A stretch of DNA of 64,000 bases from Podarcis filfolensis. Lineage: Eukaryota. The notes beneath the pieces were generated by a model. The model was given only the letters and a program-made list of their open reading frames with translations, was not told the origin of the DNA and did no database searches. The stretch lies in the NCBI GenBank assembly GCA_964270895.1, contig OZ185436.1. One strand, written 5' to 3'. How positions within the stretch are numbered: the stretch's first letter is position 1; each line of letters opens with the position of its first letter. A program made the position numbers and the translations under genes. Shown here piece by piece: positions 51,153-62,770 of this stretch.

Positions 51153-51353
51153 AGAGCCAGTATGGAGGAGTTGTTAGAGTGCAGGACTAAGATGTGGGAG
51201 AACAGGGTTCACATCCCTACTCAGTTATGAAGTTTGCTGGGCCTACCTCACAGGGTTCTTGTAACTATAATATGGGAAGGAGGAGAACCATGTATGCCAC
51301 TTTGAGCACCTTGGAGGAAAGGCAGAATATAAATGTAATACTAAAATAAATAA
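51153..51353 (+). mobile_element. Squam3-like SINE with internal deletion
   Basis: AGAGCCAGTATGG..GTTAGAGTG head, CCTACCTCACAGGG, CATGTATGCCACTTTGAGC..TTGGAGG, A-rich tail. Confidence 0.8.
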
Positions 51354-53184
51354 CAAATGTGGACCAACTTCAGCCTTGCAACAATCTACTTTGTGTTTGA
51401 CTTCAACCTCAACTGAGCCAGCAACAATTTAGCTGATCGGGGGATCACAGTCATTCACAACTGAAACTGCATCTTCGAGCCATTCAGCGTGATGCTGAAG
51501 TTTGTAATGGAATACAAACCTTGGTAAGTCACTGCCTTTAACTTCATGGCTTGTGACTGCGAAGTACTACTTGCCTCCAGTTGTGGCTGCCCCTATACTA
51601 CAAAGTTGAGTGGATATCCTTCTTTTTGCACCCACACCATCAGAGCTGAATTGGGTGGTTACAGAGCAGTGGGCCTTCTTGGTAGTGGCACCTCCTCCCA
51701 CCGGCGTTTTAATCCTCTGTACTTTGCTATCTTGATGCTCCGTTTGTTTTTCATTCTGCTTGCTTTTAAAACTGCTCTTGCTGTGGTGTGTGAATGATTT
51801 TGTTTCCTCAGTTACAATTTTAACTCTTTGTAAGCTACCCTCGCAACCTATTGAAGGCTGATGTATACATAAAACAATAAAATAAGCAGATTGTTTCCAT
51901 GGTACCTTTCTGAGACAAAAGGAAAAAAGGAAGGGGGGACGACTGCCAGACCTAGCACATTGGTGTTCTGGATTCCAGGATGTTTGCTGCAACCAAGAAA
52001 CAGCTTAGGACTCGGAGCATAAAGGCAACCATAATTTTCCTGTAGCCTTGGAACCCAGCGATTGTTCTTTGTATCTGGATTGTTTGCTGCTGTCACCACC
52101 AGCGCTCATGGAGTAGAAGGTATATCCTCCTACCCCAGGATGGGTGTGTGTGTTTGTGTGTGTGAAGATCTTCCTCTCTGTAAATGCCACTGGGCACTAA
52201 TTTGCCCTAGCATCACCATTCTGAGGTTGGAAGGAAGGAAGAAACTGGCACCCTACCAGGAATTCATTGGCAGTCGACCCTATAGACCACAACTAATGCT
52301 GTGCACACCTCTAAGAATGCCAGTGAAGATTGGATTGCCCTATCTAAAATGTCAAGTTCTGCCTTGCTGATTTGCTCAAGTAGATCTCTGTCGAACAATT
52401 TGTCCATTTCGTTCCAGAACAAGTTCCAAAATGGAAAGCTGTCGCCTTAATGGCTTTATCTACTTCAGTATCAGTAAATCTTCAGTGAATAGTGCTTGAC
52501 AAAAATGAAGCTGTGTCAGACTTGTGCAGATTTTCAAGTGGAACCGTACTCCCATCTGAGATTGAAGGGGTACATTAAGAATAGGGCCCATGCCTGGGCC
52601 ACTGTACCCAGTTTGAGCCCTGTGCCAGACCTCTTCCCTAGCCCTGCCTTTGGAGCATTCCTTTTTACTGGAGGGCATCTAGAAAGTAGGGTAAAATGCA
52701 TTTTAATGGACTAGGAAATTTTAAAAACCGCATTTACAAGTATACAAGAGCTGTATGTCTGTGATGCATTCATACTTAGTTGCACAATTAAAGGTTTATA
52801 TGCAAGCTGCATGTGTATGTGAGTGCATCTCTATCCCCTGCGCATCCACAAAGCCAAGAAAACGTTTGTTCACCCTTGCAGACTGGATGCTTGTAATAAC
52901 ATGATCATCTTCTCAAATGCAGCTTTGGAAGCCCAGCCATAACTGTTCTTTCTTCAGTATGAGAGAGCTTTCAAATTCACAGTGACTTAGATGAAACACT
53001 GTTTTTCCACCTATCACTTTGACAGCCAGTGTGCAATCTGTACCCATTGAGTAATATTTGCATGAAACACCAGAAAAGGGTAGGAAGGTCAGTCGGAAAG
53101 TGGAAAATAGTCATTCCCCCTATTGCCCTCCTTCACTCCCAAAGCAGTGTGCTGAGAATGTGTTGAGTGGCATGGCAGATGAGC

Positions 53185-53456
53185 AAGAAGAATAAGAAGA
53201 GGAGGAGGAGGAGGGGGAGTTTGGATTTGATATCCTGCTTTATCACTACCCGAAGGAGTCTCAAAGTGGCTAACATTCTCCTTTCCCTTCCTCCCCCACA
53301 ACAAACACTCTGTGAGGTGAGTGGGGCTGAGAGACTTCAGAGAAGTGTGACTAGCCCAAGGTCACCCAGCAGCTGCATGTGGAGGAGCGGAGACACAAAC
53401 CGGGTTCCCCAGATTACGAGTCTATCGCTCTTAACCACTACACCACACTGGCTCTC
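53185..53456 (-). mobile_element. Young Squam3-like SINE with (CTT/CTC)n tail
   Basis: Reverse complement starts GAGAGCCAGTGTGGTGTAGTGGTTAAGAGCG; CORE GGGTGACCTTGGGCTAGTCAC; CpGs retained. Confidence 0.88.
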
Positions 53457-54457
53457 AGAACAGAACAACCCTTCCATTTATCTTCTCCCTTTCCCGCTTC
53501 CATATGAACACCATCTGAGAAATTAGCTGTGAAGTTTTTGACTGGGTAGATCAATATTCAAAGCAAGCTCAGGGCTTATGAATCAAAACAATCTTACATG
53601 GAATGTTTTGTCTGCTCCCAGCTGTGCTCTGCACAAAAAGAACTGGATTGGTCTGCTGTTGGATACCTAGACCTGGATTTGATACTGCATGACCTGCACA
53701 GCACAGGCTAATCTATATAACAGAGACTGCTTGTTGCTTAGTACAAATCCTGCCCAGACTGACTGAACCTGGCAGGGTAAATAAGGCTTCTTGGTAATGA
53801 CAGATTATGTGGGAAAAGACAAAGAGAAATCTCTTTGGCTCGCCACATTTGAAAAAGAAGATTGCTGCTAAGTCAGGCTTGCAAATCTGTTTGGTAAAGT
53901 AAATAAGAAAAGAGGAGAGTGACTGCAGCTCTTTCATTTGTCTTGGGGACTGCTTTACATATGAACTTTGGCCCTTAACTTAAAAGCTGTGTAGATTTTT
54001 CAGGCTTTGTTTCTCTTATGCCACCACTGAGCACATCAGAATTCATTTTTCCTGCTGTTTGCAGCATGCTTCATGTATTTTTCATCACAGTAATCTAGGT
54101 CGCATACTGCATGCTCTGCATTGGTGGTTTATTCTGAAGGTTCCAGCAAATTTTTCTTTGCAATCTGTATTTCAGACTGTAGAATTAAAAGTATGTGCTG
54201 TTAAATAACTCATAAAGCTGAGCATGGCTTGAGGGAGAAATGCCTGCAATCCTGAAATAATCTGGTTTTTTAGGCAACTGATTCGTACCTCCCTTTCTTG
54301 TCTTGTGATTGAGGAGTTCAGCCAGCTCAGGGAAGGTTTTTCCAATAACCGTTAGTTGGTTTCAGTAATCATTATATCTCAGTGAGACAGCAGCTTCTGC
54401 TTCCCCATATCGGGCAGGACGTGAATCCTATGCTCAAAAGTAAGTTGCACCTATTGT

Positions 54458-54642
54458 CTGTAGCTCAGTGGTAGAGCATCGCCTTTGCATACAGAAGTCC
54501 CAGGTTCAACTCCTGACATCTACAAGTAGGGCTACAGAAAACCCTGGGGAGCAGCTGCTTATGTATTTTACAAAAAGTCAAAGTGGTTTACAAAAAGCTT
54601 GTCAGCATCCATACTGGATGTACGATTGATCTGACTTCATAA
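54458..54642 (+). mobile_element. Squam2-like SINE, tRNA head well preserved, body interrupted
   Basis: CTGTAGCTCAGTGGTAGAGCAT..TTGCATACAGAAG.TCCCAGGTTCAACTCCTG (A and B boxes). Confidence 0.75.
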
Positions 54643-55733
54643 ACCGAGGTACCACTGTAAAAATCTTCTTGTTTGTTTGGATAGGAACAGCAAGCAGGTC
54701 TTGGATTTAGACTACAGCCAGGCATTGTGTATACTGGTATTCTATGGAAGTGTTTGTTTTTTTAACAAACCTAGAATACAGCAAAGAATCTCAGCTCTCT
54801 CAAAAGAAAGAGAGAGAACAAGTTAAGAATCTAGTAAAGATGTGATTGAAACTTGCAATCTCAGAAGCCAGTGGACTTGCTGAGTAAGATTCACAGGGGG
54901 TGAGGAACAGTTTCATGCATCACCCCACTCTAGCTCCTTAAATAGCAGAAGCAGGTCTTGCAAAACAGTGAAAACAACAGAGGAAACTACACACAGGAAA
55001 AAATGTGTAAATTAATTCATTTATTTAAAATATTTATATATTTGTATCTCCTCCTGCTCAGGGTGGCTTACAACTTGTTCTTAACTAAAACTCATTAATA
55101 TTAAAATCACATAATTTAATTCACCTGAATTCCATTTTGGGGGACAGAATTTAGCTCATGGTTGCATGAAATGTTGTTTGGTTAATGTTGAAGTCTCACA
55201 GCCTCAGGGATCACCAATATCCATATTGAATTAGCAAGAATTTCCCCTGAAGTCTCCTTGGCTAGAGACTTGGGATGTCTGTTTTTTCTTGTGTTATGTG
55301 GTGAGATTGCAGTACTAAATATGGTGAGCACAGGCCTGACTAACAGTAGGAAAATACATTTCATGTTTGTGCAGGGATGCCAAATTGTGTCTCTCACCTG
55401 AGGTTCTATGCATTATCTGAAGAAGAGGCGGCATGTCAAGGGCATTGTGAGAGTCAGGACCCGGGAATGGTACTGAGACTACTGTTGGCTTCAGTGCGTC
55501 TAAGTGCACCTACTCTTCAATCATGCTGGAGTTGCTCACTTGTTTGGGCAGCACCTGGGTTGGTGATGATGGAGACTGAAAGAGTTACCATTTGATTACA
55601 ATATTCCTGAGGGGAAGGAATGTTCTTGCATCTGGGCAGAAGAAAGATTGATTATTAAGTATTTAGCTCTGACTCTAGAATAGTTAGCTTTAAAGTATTG
55701 GTGCCGCTGTAACAGTTTCACCTCCTTATGTAT

Positions 55734-55966
55734 TGTTACACCCCCCCCCCAAAAAATAATCTCTGAACCACGCGAGATTCCAGGTTTTTCAAGTGCTTAC
55801 TCAGGGTTCGTGTTTCCTTTTGGAAATGAGGCACAGTGGAGACTGTGGTATCTTTTTGATATATGGTTTATTTACACATACATATGACCTGAGCCTCTGA
55901 TGGAGGGGTTCAAAGTATTACAGTCCAAGAGGGTGCTGTTTCTCCCATTGCTGCAGCCTTGGATCA

Positions 55967-56022
<56 letters not shown>

Positions 56023-56272
56023 AAAAGCTTTTTCCCTCGGTCATATCATCACCACTGGAATCCTTAAGAACTGTCCCTCTTTTGGCTCTGCTCACTATCT
56101 CCAAGCTCAGGGAACAACTCCCTCCATTTTCTGGCTGGCACAGAGTCTTTGCATTGTTAATCGCCCATTACTTTCCTTTGGTTCTCCATGATGACTCTTC
56201 TCCTAGGCGATATCCTGAGCATGGAAAAACTGGTTTGACACTGTTAAATCCAGCGTTTGGCAACCCATCTCA
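55734..56272 (-). mobile_element. Probable solo LTR with internal (AAAG)n expansion
   Basis: TGTTACA...CCCATCTCA (TG..CA ends); minus-strand AATAAA followed by U5-like sequence; some CpGs retained. No TSD found. Confidence 0.45.
55966..56024. repeat. (AAAG)n microsatellite, about 14 units
   Basis: Directly visible. Confidence 0.97.
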
Positions 56273-57487
56273 TTAGTGCAAGCGTAGATTAAACACCCAG
56301 GAATTTAGGGGAGGATCTGGCACCCAGGAATTTAGGGGAGTCAGAAATTAGAAGGGGAGTCCAGTTACCCACAAACTCATAATAGTATGATATCAATAAA
56401 GTGAGCAGCAGTAGTTAAAAGGATGAAAGAGCTGCTTCAGAACATCTTCTTTATCTTATCTCATCCTGTCCATAATTGAAGTGCTTATCCAACTATGTGT
56501 TTTTAATAGTGGTCTTCTCTAGACAGAGGAATTGAAGGTTTTCTACGGTTTTCTCAGGGGTGTGGGTGTTGGTGTGGGTATGTGTCAGAACCAATGAAAT
56601 CAACAGAAAATGTATTTGTGCAGTGAATGCTATGTAAATTGGGCAGCTTTCTTTTGCATTTTTGTGTTATAAATAGCCATTATGGTTGAAAATATTCTCA
56701 AGGCTGCCAAATGGTACATTGAGAGCAAAGAGAGGAGCTTCATCATTAAACCACCAAGTATTGATTAAGCTGTCAGGGCACTTGCCAAACTGGATTTATT
56801 GTGTAATTGGGGGACTTGCTGTATGTCCTTATGGCAGTCATCCCCCCCTTCCCTCCTCCCTCCAAAAAACCCAGAGATTGAACCAAGAAGTCCTTCTAAA
56901 ACTTTTTTATTAAAACAGACAAGACTGATTTCTCTCTCCCAACATCAATTTTAGCCCACCTGGGACACTTGCAACTTCTGTTTCTTCCCAATCATTCTCA
57001 TGGATGCAGCAATAGAACCTTGTTAAACAATGAAATAAGCAGTGTCAAAGTATGTTAGCCTGCATAGGAAAGCTCAGCTTTGGGAAAGGAGTGATTTTTA
57101 CCTGCTACTTTTGTTTTAACCCTCGTGCAGAATTTGGGCCACTGAAGTAATCAGTGGCACCAAAACATTCCTTGAGCCTTCTCTAAAGATTAATGGAGTT
57201 AAACGGACACTATGAAAGGTTGCAGTGTTAAAACCTAATGTTAAAAGAGTCACTATGCTAGCAGTAAATCATTTTGATTTTGTACTTACATGGCTCAGCA
57301 GGTTTCAAATGCAGCATGCACTATAAGTTGTAGCTGTCCATGGTATATATTTTCCCCTAAATGCATCTAATTTAAATATCACAAAAAGCGTTTGATCGTG
57401 GAAGAATGAAATTTAAAAACAACACATCATATACAAATAGCAGCTGCCTACTTGCACAGATAGGGGAATGCACACATGGGCCCAGCC

Positions 57488-57675
57488 CATAGCTGTCAAC
57501 TTTCAGATTTGAAAATAAGGGATCAGCAGCCTCGAAAATAAGGGATCAGCAGCCTCACCTGTCCTGGGGACAGTCTACGGGAGATCTAACAATCCGGGAT
57601 AGCAGTGGGAAGCAGCAGGAAACAGCGCTGGAATAAGGGAATTTGCCACAAAAGAAAGGAAGGTTGGCAGCTATG
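57488..57675. mobile_element. hAT-type MITE, 188 bp
   Basis: CATAGCTGTCAAC...GTTGGCAGCTATG TIRs; perfect 8-bp TSD GCCCAGCC. Confidence 0.9.
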
Positions 57676-58164
57676 GCCCAGCCTATTCCTGTGGCTGTAA
57701 TTTGTTTCAATATTTATTTTTAAAATATTGTGTCTGTGATATGTTCGTGGATTACACACAATAAATTTAATGTGCTTGATGGTGATGATGCTTTTAAATA
57801 ATAATATTTTAAAAACTGATAATTCTTAACATATACACAGTGTTAGTAGAATGGTGAAGGAACCAACCAGAAATTGAATAGTGGTTTGTTTTCCTCAGGT
57901 ACAATTTGAATACCAAATCACATTAGGCTCATCAGTGGTTATCAGATGGTGTTGGAGTCACTGTCTTGCAGGTAATTAGGATTTGTTTGTATATGCTTGG
58001 ATTCCAAAAAAAAGTGTAAATGAAGAAAGAAATTCAGAGGAGGAACTGCCTCTCAGTTTAGACACTACTATTAACACAAGAATGGAATAACAAAAACCAT
58101 CAACAGATTCTGTGGGGCCTTTGCAAATTAAAACTAATAGTTGTAGCTTGATACAGGGAGCTGG

Positions 58165-58354
58165 CATACAGCTTCCAGGTCATGTGGCAAGCATGAATAA
58201 GCCGCTTCTGGTGAACCAGAGCAGCGCATGGAAACGTCGTTTACCTTTCCACCGGAGCGGTACCTATTTATCTACTTGCATTTTGACATGCTTTCAAACA
58301 GCTAGGTTGGCAGGAGCAGGGACCAAGCAACGGGAGCTCACCCCGTCGCAGGGA
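58165..58354 (-). mobile_element. Sauria SINE (Squam1-like) internal fragment
   Basis: Reverse complement has GACGGGGTGAGCTCCCGTTGC..CCTGCCAACCTAGC..GCAAGTAGATAAATAGGTACCGCT..CAGAAGCGGCTT. Confidence 0.85.
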
Positions 58355-59407
58355 AGCAGCATTGTAGTAGAAAGCTAATATGGAGTGGGGGGGGGGCTTC
58401 AGGGTTAGAAGGGAAGCTTGGAAGAGCCAGCTGTTATGTTTAAGACAGGCACACTTAAGTGTTGAGCATGTTAGTCTTCAGGACAGCAGTAATGGCAGGA
58501 CAGAAGACAGAAGAAGTAAATGGAATAAAACCATGTGCAACGCTTCTGCCCTTCCCAAAGTTTCTCATTTTGTTCTGATATATCTTGGAATCACTTCAGG
58601 CTTTATATAATCATTCTCTACCATGTGGTTCAGAGTTGATGGTCTCTGCTTTGCAGTGACTTTGATAATTATTTTACTCTTATTTTAGGCTTTCAAAATG
58701 GGTTTTGCTGAAGTTGATGTGTGGGGAGTCGACCTTCCCAAGATCAAAGAGCGGTTTGGCTTTTTGATCTTTTTACTGTGGCCACTACAGCCCATGGGGC
58801 ATTTTCTCTTTGCTGTAGGATAGATTAGAAATCTGACTCGTCATTCAGCATATCCTTTGGACATTTCATTGAACTTTGAAGCAGTTGTTCCCAACTGTGT
58901 CTCTTCAAACATGGGGGGGGGGGGGGAATTATACACTGTTTCTGGATAAGTAGGCAACTGACTTAGTCAGAGGGACTGGGATTGAGTGAACTAAAAAAAT
59001 CAAAAATTACCGGTAAGTAATTGTAGAAATTTGTATTGCCTTCACATATCCTCTGAAATCCTGTAAAGAGATAAGTGAAATGGGAATTAATGCCAGCACT
59101 GCAAATTTGGAGAAACAACCAGTCTGGCTTTACAGAAACATGAGCCACAGGAATATCAGCTGTCAGCATGATACCTTGAATGAGCCTAGACTTGTAATGC
59201 TCTCTCTGTTGCATGGAATCACGGCTAAATTTTTAGTTCTTGGGGCACCTTTCTTTCCTTTGGTACCAGTTGTAGGAAAAGTTTGTTCCTTTTGTTTTGC
59301 AGCATTAGTACCAGACAGCCAAGCTTACCTTATCTACATATCCATAGTTTGTAGTAATCAGGGCAGTAGCTTGGCAATTAGAAGCAGCCAGATCAGGACA
59401 ACGTATA

Positions 59408-59648
59408 CAGTGGTACCTCAGCTTACATATGCTTCAGGTTACATACGCTTCAGGTTACAGACTCTGCTAATCCAGAAATAGTGCTTCAGGTTAAGAACTT
59501 TGTTCAGGGTGAGAACAGAAATCGTGCTCTTGCGGCGCGGCGGCAGCAGGAGGCCACATTAGCTAAAGTGGTGCTTCAGGTTAAGAACAGTTTCAGGTTA
59601 AGAACGGACCTCTGGAACGAATTAAGTACTTAACCTGAGGTACCACTG
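59408..59648. mobile_element. Tc1/mariner (Tigger-like) MITE A
   Basis: TA-CAGTGGTACCTCAG...CTGAGGTACCACTG-TA; repeated internal CTTCAGGTTA motif. Confidence 0.92.
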
Positions 59649-59653
59649 TACTG

Positions 59654-59894
59654 CAGTGGTACCTTGGTTCTCCAATGGCTTGGCTCCCGGAAAAATCGGC
59701 TCCCAAACGCTACAAAACTGGAAGTAAGTATTCTGGTTTGCGACTGTTTTCTGGAAGCCGAACATCTGACACGGCTCCCACTTGACTGTAGAAAATTCCT
59801 GCAGCCAATCGGAAGCCGCCCCTTGGTTTTGAACCGTTCCGGGAGTCGAACGGACTCCCGGAACAGATTAAGTTCAAGAACCAAGGTACCACTG
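59654..59894. mobile_element. Tc1/mariner (Tigger-like) MITE B
   Basis: TG-CAGTGGTACCTTGGTTCT...AGAACCAAGGTACCACTG-TA. Confidence 0.92.
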
Positions 59895-61886
59895 TAATGT
59901 AAAAAGGAGATATAGTCATTAAAAGTTGTTTGAAGTCAGCTTCCTCAAAATTTAATATGTAAAGAACCTCTTTCACCTTAATCTGTTATATGTATTAATT
60001 ATAAAGGACACGTGTTTTTCTTCTTCAGTAGTCTGAAGACAAGATTTAGATTGGCAGTTAAGGCAACACATGTCTATTGTAATTTATAATTTAGCTGTCT
60101 TAAAATCTTGAGAAGGAGTTTGTTTTCCAATTAAGCTGCAGACTTTTTGAACAAATTACCTTGCACCTTCTTTGAAGAGATGAAATTTCTCATTATCCAA
60201 GCTAACCCAGAATGAGCAGAATGAGCATGTTGTTAATGCTGCCTCCGCTGCTGCTGGAGCTGCCATGTGGATTTATTTTAAGTCCTTTGGTGGAGTGACC
60301 AAAATATCCTTGTTTTTGAGATGTTGGACATTTTGAGTATTACCAGTAAAGCTTCAAACATGTTATTGCTGTCCGCTAGTTGTGTCCTTTTCTTTGCAAA
60401 ATGAATTTGTGCTCGCAGCAATTCAAAACATGGGTAGCATGATATTATACCTACAATGGGCAGGCTGCAACTAACAAACCCCATCTGCAGAAGCCCTGCT
60501 TCCACTGGAACAATGAGGCATGTCCCTCTCTCCTCTCCCTGCCTGTAACCTTCTGTACCCCCTGAAATTAGCTCTGGAGGAGTAGGAATAACCCCCAGAA
60601 CAGCATTAGGGGGGATTATTCCGTCTGTCAAGCTGGTATGCTTGCACTGACGTAAAGTTCAACATAGTGTAATATTGAATTCCACCCAATATTATAAACA
60701 TGAGTAGTGTGAAAATCTGCCTCCATATTTTGGTCATATGGCCCACTGCTAGCTGTGTGTTAAGACCAGCAATGTCAAAGGGGAAAATAATATGTGCCTT
60801 CCACTTCCAGTTTCTAGAAGTAATTGCTGTAGGTCCCAAGGTTATATATGCAGGAGTAACTTAAGGAGCACTAGCTTTGCTGCTAGTTGTGCTATAGTCA
60901 TTCATTGGGGACTTATCTAATGCTGTCAATCAGTAACTTTTTACCAGCACAAAATTCACTTTCCTAAAATTATTCCAAATAAGAAGTCTGATGCTAAAAT
61001 TACCCTTTGTTTCTATTATAGCTATCATGGAGGGGGGCAAGCTGGAAATCAGTAATTCATTAATGTCTGCCAGTCACTGATAAGATGAGTAATGATTCAA
61101 CAGGAGCTAATTTAGAGATGAAATGGGGAAAACAAAATCCCCAGAGATTGCACAGGAGGAACAATGTGGGTAATTGGGAGAAAATGTGAAAATCATACTG
61201 CAGTGCTACAAAATAACCAATTTCTCCTGCATACCATCAGAGGTGCTTAATTAAGCAGCATTGCTTTTTATCATAGCAGATCTGGAAGGTAGGCTGAGGG
61301 ATGTCGTTGTCTGAGACCTCAGCACTTCACCTCTGCTGAATTGGATTAAAATGTATATGTGGGTGAGTTGCTCAAGCAGAGTTTGCTGGGTTCCTTCATA
61401 GCCTTTTTTTGGCACAGCAGATTTTCCTTGCAATTTGTCATTATTAGAAGCATCTTCTGGAGGGGAAGGCCAGGCACAAAACTGAATTTAAAATACCAGA
61501 ACTTTTCTTGGGTTAGCTTTTGCTTTGGGTTGGTTAGCTATAAACAGTAAAATTATTGGGTAGGCGTCCATCCATCCATCAGTAAACAGAATATGCGATC
61601 AAAATTAGGAATGTTTTACTCGTGTTCCACTATATTTCTAAGTACACCTGCACTAGCCACTGCAGAGAACATTTTGTATGAGCTTTGCAAGGACAATTGT
61701 CCTCTCTGTAGTGCTAGCTGAAAAGTCCATGCATTGTGCTCAGCTGCCACATACCACTGCAGAATCAGCAGTGCTAACTACTAGTGCCTAGGGCAATATA
61801 TTTTCCCCAAAGATGATTGCACAGAAGAGCCACTTGATCAATGCCAGTGGGTGGAGGTGGGGGTGAGGGTTGTTGTTGTTGTTAAT

Positions 61887-62107
61887 GCCACTCCCGACAT
61901 CCGGAGGGGGGGGGTTGCGGGCTCACGCCCCATTCACACCCTCGCGGGGCTGGCTGCAGCCCCGCGGGACCAAGGGAATCCCGGGATCATTAGTATTCAT
62001 TATTCACCGCGCCAGCCAATCGGCTGGCGGCGGGGGCGGGACTAGTAAGGGGCATTTAAGGTCGGGGCAGCCCATACTCGCCCCTTTCTTTTCCTTTCAG
62101 CAGCTGC
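61887..62107. mobile_element. CpG-rich 221-bp insert of unknown class
   Basis: Flanked by identical GGTTGTTGTTGTTGTTAAT (61868-61886, 62108-62126). Confidence 0.6.
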
Positions 62108-62126
62108 GGTTGTTGTTGTTGTTAAT

Positions 62127-62770
62127 TTCATTTAGGCAAGACCCAACTCAAGGCAAATCACAAAAGTAAATGCAATTAACACAAACCCACATAATAGTTA
62201 AAACAGATTAAAGCCAGTGGTGTGCAGTCACAGGACTAGGGGAACTAGGCTAGTCCCCTAAATGTTCCCCTGGTGCCTCTTTCCCAAAGCCCGGGAAGCT
62301 TCTGCCCTGCTTAGGGAGGGAGGAATGATGCTCACATGTGCAATGTTCCCCTCCCCAATTGCCCTTGCAATTTCCCCTAACTGTTCCCCTACAAAAAGTT
62401 TCACCACACGCCACTGATTAAAGCCCACACAAAAAATGAGAAACACAAAGCTGAAAGATTTCCTAAAGCGGAGGGTTTTTCTTGTCTTCTAAATGACACT
62501 GCTGTTAAGTTCTTACAAGTTCCTACCAGGACATTTATGTCAAGCTCCTGCAAGATTCCGTTGAAAATAGGCTTCATGCCGCTGTAATGGGCCCCTGCCA
62601 TCACAAATGGCACCTTCTTTGGAGCGGGGAGCAATTGCTTCCTTACAGATTCCAAAAGGGTCTGGGGGTAACCCTGGACTGGAGGAAGGTCTTGGATAGA
62701 CCATGAGAATAGACTCTGGATATATGTCACTCCTATTGGTACGTCTTTGTCACCTTTCTTGTCACCCATT
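62127..62770 (-). mobile_element. Degenerate L2-like 3' end hosting the MITE at 62215
   Basis: Minus-strand SFRRQEK resembles the L2 SFRRQLK terminus; (AAC)n-type tail at 62108-62126. Confidence 0.35.
62215..62416. mobile_element. hAT-type MITE, 202 bp
   Basis: CAGTGGTGTG...CACGCCACTG TIRs; perfect 8-bp TSD ATTAAAGC; subterminal AGGGGAAC/GTTCCCCT repeats. Confidence 0.88.

Noticed and set aside
54458-54525. tRNA-like sequence (also 1370, 11705, 45534)
   Set aside because: SINE heads: they continue into a shared SINE body and lack a clean cloverleaf and terminator.
57880-57906. Possible recursive splice sites (YnCAG|GT; also ~14662, ~16606, ~39048)
   Set aside because: The regenerated donors (GTACAA, GTTATG, GTGACT, GTCACA) are weak, the introns are modest in size, and such motifs are expected by chance.
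62258-62769. Two protein-like minus-strand ORFs, considered as a possible esterase or ORF1
   Set aside because: One lies largely inside a hAT MITE and the other crosses its boundary; better explained as decayed LINE plus MITE.
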